DNA of 62,997 nt, counting the filler, from Reclinomonas americana ATCC 50394 (lineage: Eukaryota), in assembly GCA_048213135.1 (NCBI GenBank). It is 14 parts of 14 records of this genome, joined end to end, with 100 filler letters (N's around TTAATTAATTAA, not from the genome) between each part and the next. Parts side by side here need not be neighbours in the genome. Positions count along the whole stretch, not along the records: positions 49,950 to 59,273 come from AFZH01020218.1; positions 59,374 to 62,997 come from AFZH01020219.1; 12 more parts are not named here. One strand, written 5' to 3'. The translations under genes and the position numbers were made by a program. The notes below the pieces were generated by a model, which had not been told where the DNA came from, searched no databases, and worked only from the letters and a program-made list of their open reading frames with translations. Positions 58,143 to 62,997 of the stretch are shown here, piece by piece. Numbering within the stretch: the stretch's first letter is position 1; each line of letters starts with the position of its first letter.

Positions 58143-58787
58143 GGCGAGAGGGAAAGAAGAAAGCCCAACGATCGCAAACCCGAACGAACGGGTGTCCAAA
58201 AAGATTTGTCCAACAACAATTGGAGTTTGAAAAGAACAAACATGCGACAAACAGCTTTACTAATCCCAACAGCAACACAGCTGCATGATTAATACTATCA
58301 TGAGTGAGCACCAGAAACTGAGATATTACGGAAACGGCGACAAAGAAAATTCGAGATTCCAAAATGCTGGTGTTCATGCACGAGCACTTGCAAAAAAGGG
58401 AATGTCGAAGCGTGTGCTATTGGTGCGGAGTTCCACAGAGGTTTGATCGGAAGTTCGAATTCGTCATGTGAATTATCGATCGCGATCGATATCGGTATCG
58501 CGATGGATTTGGAGAGGGCTTGCTCGTGGATTTCGAGCCGACCACCCGCTGAAGCCACCACCGATATGAGCCTCACCAACAACATGACAAGCTCTCTCCT
58601 GTTTCAACCACGCCACCAACGTACGATCGCGACACCACCACTGTCTGTTTTTGCTTTGCCTGCTTCTCGGATCCGGACCCGGCTTTGCTTTGTTTGCCCG
58701 TCTTATGGCCTTTTCCCGAATTCGATATGCCGACAACAACAAATTCATTCACCAAAACAATCAGCCCAAAATATAGCTTGTTTGCAG

Positions 58788-59273
58788 GTGTCGAAGTCTG
58801 AAGTTGTTTATGTAAACGTGAAACTTGTTGCGCGCGTGCTACCGGAGTATCACCTGATCGATCCAATCAGATTTGTGAAGGAAAATGTGCCCAGCCATAC
58901 ACTTTTTGAGCAGTCACTGGGTGTCAGCCAAGTAAACTGTGACATATCACCGTGACCGGCGTCGACTGGCGAGTATGATGCTGTGTTCAGCGCACTACGG
59001 AGAGCTCTCCTTGACGCACAATCCCTGCGAGACCGCACCTGTCCCGCAACGGGTATGAGTCACCGTTGCAACGGTTTCTTTGCGTCGAGCGAGAGAAGTC
59101 ATGGCTGCGGTGCGTGAGCTGCCGGAGGAGACACAAGCGCTGCTACAGCCATGGACTAACGGTCACGCGAAGGCGTGTAAGCTGCTGAATGACTTGGTCC
59201 CTGAGGACGCAGTCGCTCTACTGAGCCTCGATGCCAAAGAGTGCAAAGCTGCTGCCAGTCTCCTCCTTGCGCC
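58788..59273 (+). CDS. Possible uncharacterised gene fragment(s), truncated by a gap
   Basis: Non-repetitive open stretches VSKSEVVYV…FEQSL and MAAVRELPEETQ…ASLLLA. No recognisable motif. Confidence 0.3.
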
Positions 59274-59373
59274 NNNNNNNNNNNNNNNNNNNNNNNNNNN
59301 NNNNNNNNNNNNNNNNNTTAATTAATTAANNNNNNNNNNNNNNNNNNNNNNNNNNNNNNNNNNNNNNNNNNNN

Positions 59374-59828
59374 AGGACATGGGCGACGACCGCAATGATG
59401 CCGACGACCTCATTGACTGCGACGGTGCCGACGACGACGATGACTGCGGTAACGGCAAGGGCGACGACGACGACGACGGTAAGGAAGAGGCGTACCGCCG
59501 CCTGCGTGGGAGTGGCGGCGGCGACTTGGACGACGACGACTCCGACTCGACAATGGTCAGCAAGAACGCACTGCGCCGCAACCACGATCGCCGCGTGCTA
59601 CTGGACGGCATCTCGCTGGTGGCCGACGACGACCGCCGCAGGAGGAAAACGAGTTTCGACGGCTACGGTCAACACCAACAACAACAGCAGCAGCATCAGC
59701 AGCAGCGCATGGGCTGGCGTGGCGGCAATGCCGCCATGTCGCACACGCATGCCATGCACAGTCACAGCAGCGTCGGCAGCTTCGACGGTCTGGCCTACAC
59801 GAGTGGCCTGGCCGACATTACGCGATGA
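59374..59828 (+). CDS. Low-complexity (Asp/Gln-rich) 3' end of an unknown gene
   Basis: GC3-rich open frame from the contig start to TGA at 59826-59828. Confidence 0.5.
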
Positions 59829-61006
59829 GAGAGAGTGTGTGAGAGAGAGAGGGATGGTGATAGAACGCGGTTTATTATTGACTAATCAGTGACGGCAGGC
59901 CCGTCTTTTTATTGAGTGGGGTGGTGTGGTAGACATGTGAATGCATATCTGTTATTTGCGTACCCGCGAGGCGGGGGGTCCACGAGTGGTTGACCGGGAG
60001 TCGCAGTGCGATATCGTGCTCGGACAAGTGAGTGAGGGTCTCGTGCTCCCGTCGCGTTCGTTTTTCGGGTTGGCCCTCGCTGCTGTGACGACCGTGACTG
60101 TTCGCGTATGCAACAGCGCGATTATGACTGGGCCGTGCTCGGGCTCTCGAAAATGGTCCCGTCGCGTTCGTGCTTCGGCTTGGCCTTCGCTGCGATTGAC
60201 GAGCTCTGACTTGCGAGGCTCTCGCTCATCACGGAACACCCTTCGACCGCTGTGCGTACCATGCTCTGATACTGACTCGCCCACGAGGCTCTCTTACAGG
60301 CGACGGAGAAAAGACCAGTCGCCTGCTGATATCGCGATCGACTTGGCCCTCGCTGCGGTTGTCGAGCTCAGACCTGCGAGACTCTCATGGTTGCCCATGA
60401 AGCATCCCTCGACCGCATTGACTTGGCGCACGAGCGCCGAGCACAACATACGTGTCCACATGGTTGACGATTGCTCTCCGATCGCGACCTCTCCCACGAG
60501 ATGTTCGCCTGTTCAAGCCCTCGTCGATGACCGCGGGTACCACTCCTCATGCCGCCTTCCGATCCACGAGTGCAAGGAACGTCGCGTTCCGATGTCGACT
60601 TCTCATCAATCGCTCGTCGCGCATCCCACTCCCCAATTGCAGCACTGTACTCTCTCTATCCTCACCTCTGCCTTCACAAACACAACGACGAGCCAGAGAG
60701 AGAGCTGTCAGACGCGCGCTGCGTGTTGTCCTGTCGTGTTCTCATTCCGCAAAAAAACAACAAAGATCATCCGCGTGGACACACACACACACACAGATCT
60801 CGCTTTCACCAGCAAGCAAGCAGCAAGCAAGCAGGACACACACAAACAGAGAGAAAAAGAGAGACAGGAGACTAGTGAGAGGTTTGTTCACATCTGACGA
60901 CACACAGCTTTTGTGTGTGTGTGTGTGTGTGTGGACAGCTTCCTCCTGTGCTCAGTGCGTGCGTGTGTTCACTCATTGTGTCTATGTGCGCGCACACACA
61001 CAGACA

Positions 61007-61100
61007 ATGGCACTCAGACTCGACACAGAGGCCGATGCCAGTGCCAATCTCTTGTTCTTGGGATGGAATCAGGTGTGTGTCTCTCTCATTCATTGAGAGA

Positions 61101-61131
<31 letters not shown>

Positions 61132-62200
61132 CTGAGTGTGTGCGTGTGTGTTGTGTAAGAGTGATTTTTGCAGCAGTGGAGAATCGCAGTGCCTGTTCGG
61201 CGTTGTTTATTTCGCGCGCGCGTTGTGTTGTGTGTGTTCCATGTTGTCTTGTCTCCTCTCTGTCTCTCTGTGTGTGTATGTGTGAGCGCGTTGTGTGCGC
61301 GCGCATTGTCAGATCCATTTCTGGCGAGATGATGATTGAATTTGCGTGGCGACCCGTGTCACTCTCTCTCTCTCTCTCTCACACACACTCACTGTTATGT
61401 GTGAGTCTGCTCCTTTGTGTGTCTCTCTCTCCTTTGTGGGGTTCTCCGAGTGAGCGTGGTCTGTTTCATTTTCGTCTCCGAGAAAAACGCGCATTCGCTC
61501 GGACGACAAGTGCACACTCTTTTGCAGAGAGAGAGAGAGAGAGAGAGAGGGAGTGGGAGAGGGAGAGAGTGTGTGTGAGTGTGCCGCACTCTCAGACGCG
61601 AGAGAGGGATCCACAATTCACACATTCATGAACGCACACACGCACACACACACGCACAGACACACACACACGCACACACTCACTCACACACACACGCACT
61701 TCCTCTCTCAAACGTTTCCGTCAGCATGATGATCATCATCAGCACCTGTTATGCAGAGACGTAGTTCGAGTGGCGATTGGTTATTCTGTCTCACCTTCAC
61801 GTTCTCTCTCACTCTTTCTCTCTCTCCCTCTCTTTCTCTCTCTCTCTCTCTCTCTCGCACACACATACACCCTTTAGCATCTCCTTCAACATCGATGATC
61901 ATCAGCACTTTAGCTCAAGTCGCGATTGGTTATTCTCCTCTCCCCCCTCCTCTCTCTCTCCCTCCCTCCCCCTTTCCCTCCCTCATCCCTCCCTCATCAC
62001 CCCTCATCTCCTTACAGGACGCTGGCTGCTTGGCCATTGGACACAGCGGCGGGTTGAAGATCATGAACACGGCACCGTTCAAGGAGACCTTCTCGCGTGA
62101 CTTCCCCAGCGGCGGTCTCGGCTACGTGGAGATGCTATTCCGCTGCAACATTTTGGCGTTGGTGGGCGGCGGACGGTACCCGTGCTTCTTGCCAGGGAAG
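61007..62200 (+). CDS. PROPPIN autophagy protein WIPI3/WIPI4 (Atg18/Hsv2 family), 5' exons
   Basis: LLFLGWNQ|DAGCLAIG…NTAPFKE…GGLGYVEMLFRCNILALVGGG matches the WDR45/WDR45B N-terminus. Confidence 0.93.
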
Positions 62201-62254
62201 GTGGGTGTTACTGGAAGGAGGATGTGCATGCCAAGGAAGCAGATTTATCTCCTC

Positions 62255-62985
62255 CCCGCTCGCCTCGTCTCTGCTCGCCTCGTCTCTGCTCGCCTTGTCC
62301 CTGCTCGTCTCTTCTCTCCTCGTCTCTTCACCGCTCGCCTCATCTCTTCTCGCCTCTTCTCTGCACTCGTCTCCGCTCACCTCGTCTCTTGCTCACCTCG
62401 TCTCTTGCTCGCCTCGTCTCTGCTCATCTCGTCTCTTGCTCACCTCTTCTCTGCTCGCCCCTTCTCTGCTCTCTCTTCTCGCCTCGTCTCTTCTCGCCTC
62501 GTCCTTGTCACCTCGTCTCTTCTCGCTTCGTCCCTGCCCGCCTCGTCTCTTCTCGCTTCGTCCCTGCTCGCCTCGTCGCTACTTGCCACGTCTCTTCTCG
62601 CCTCGTCTCTGCTCGCCTTGTCTCTGCTCGCCTTGTCCCTGCTCCCCCCTTCTCTGCTCACCTCGTCTCTGCTCGCCTCATCTCTGCTCGCCTCGTCTCT
62701 GCTCGCCTCGTCTCTGCTCGCCTCGTCTCTGCTCGCCTCGTCTCTGCTCGCCTCGTCTCTGCTCGCCTCGTCCCTGCTCGCCTCGTCGCTACTTGCCTCG
62801 TCTCTCCTCGCCTCGTCTCTCCTCGCCTCGTCCCCACTCGCCTCGTCTCTGCCTACCTTGTCTTGCTTACCTCGTCTCTGCTCGCCTCTTCTTTGCTCGC
62901 CTCGCCTCTGCTCACCTCGTCTCTTGCTCACCTCGTCTCTGCGCACCTCGTCTCTTGCTCACCTCTTCTCTGCTCACCTCGTCTC
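62255..62985. repeat. Intronic 15-mer minisatellite CTCGCCTCGTCTCTG
   Basis: Dozens of near-perfect copies after the donor at 62201. Confidence 0.95.
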
Positions 62986-62997
62986 TCACTCTCTTTA

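Noticed and set aside
62440..62946. RDEAS-repeat ORF
   Set aside because: It is the antisense translation of an intronic 15-mer minisatellite.

Overview
Gapped scaffold from an intron-dense eukaryote, most likely a mitochondriate protist. It has 14 contigs joined by N-runs carrying an artificial TTAATTAATTAA linker, and several genes run across the gaps. Manual GT-AG splicing gives about 16 genes: TBCD (3' part), a PhnB-like VOC protein, a secreted bacterial-type CotH kinase, two tandem NB-ARC/STAND-TPR (NLR-like) genes, CutC, a secreted EGF-repeat/lipoxygenase fusion, a mitochondrial MaoC dehydratase, a fimbrin with a coiled-coil instead of an EF-hand headpiece, a ~17 kb NHL/IPT/FN3/CUB/REJ/GPS receptor, TRAPPC6, an SDR, a CDP-alcohol phosphotransferase, WIPI3/4 (5' part) and a few unknowns. 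The most notable signals are (1) a recurrent class of shifted-register GTTGCG 5' splice donors, always preceded by a non-G exon base; (2) the EGF-lipoxygenase ending in Trp; (3) the giant GPS/REJ receptor; and (4) the NLR pair with near-identical NTPase regions but divergent TPRs. All family calls come from motif recognition by eye, and no searches were run. Most ORFs in the supplied track are microsatellite or antisense artefacts.
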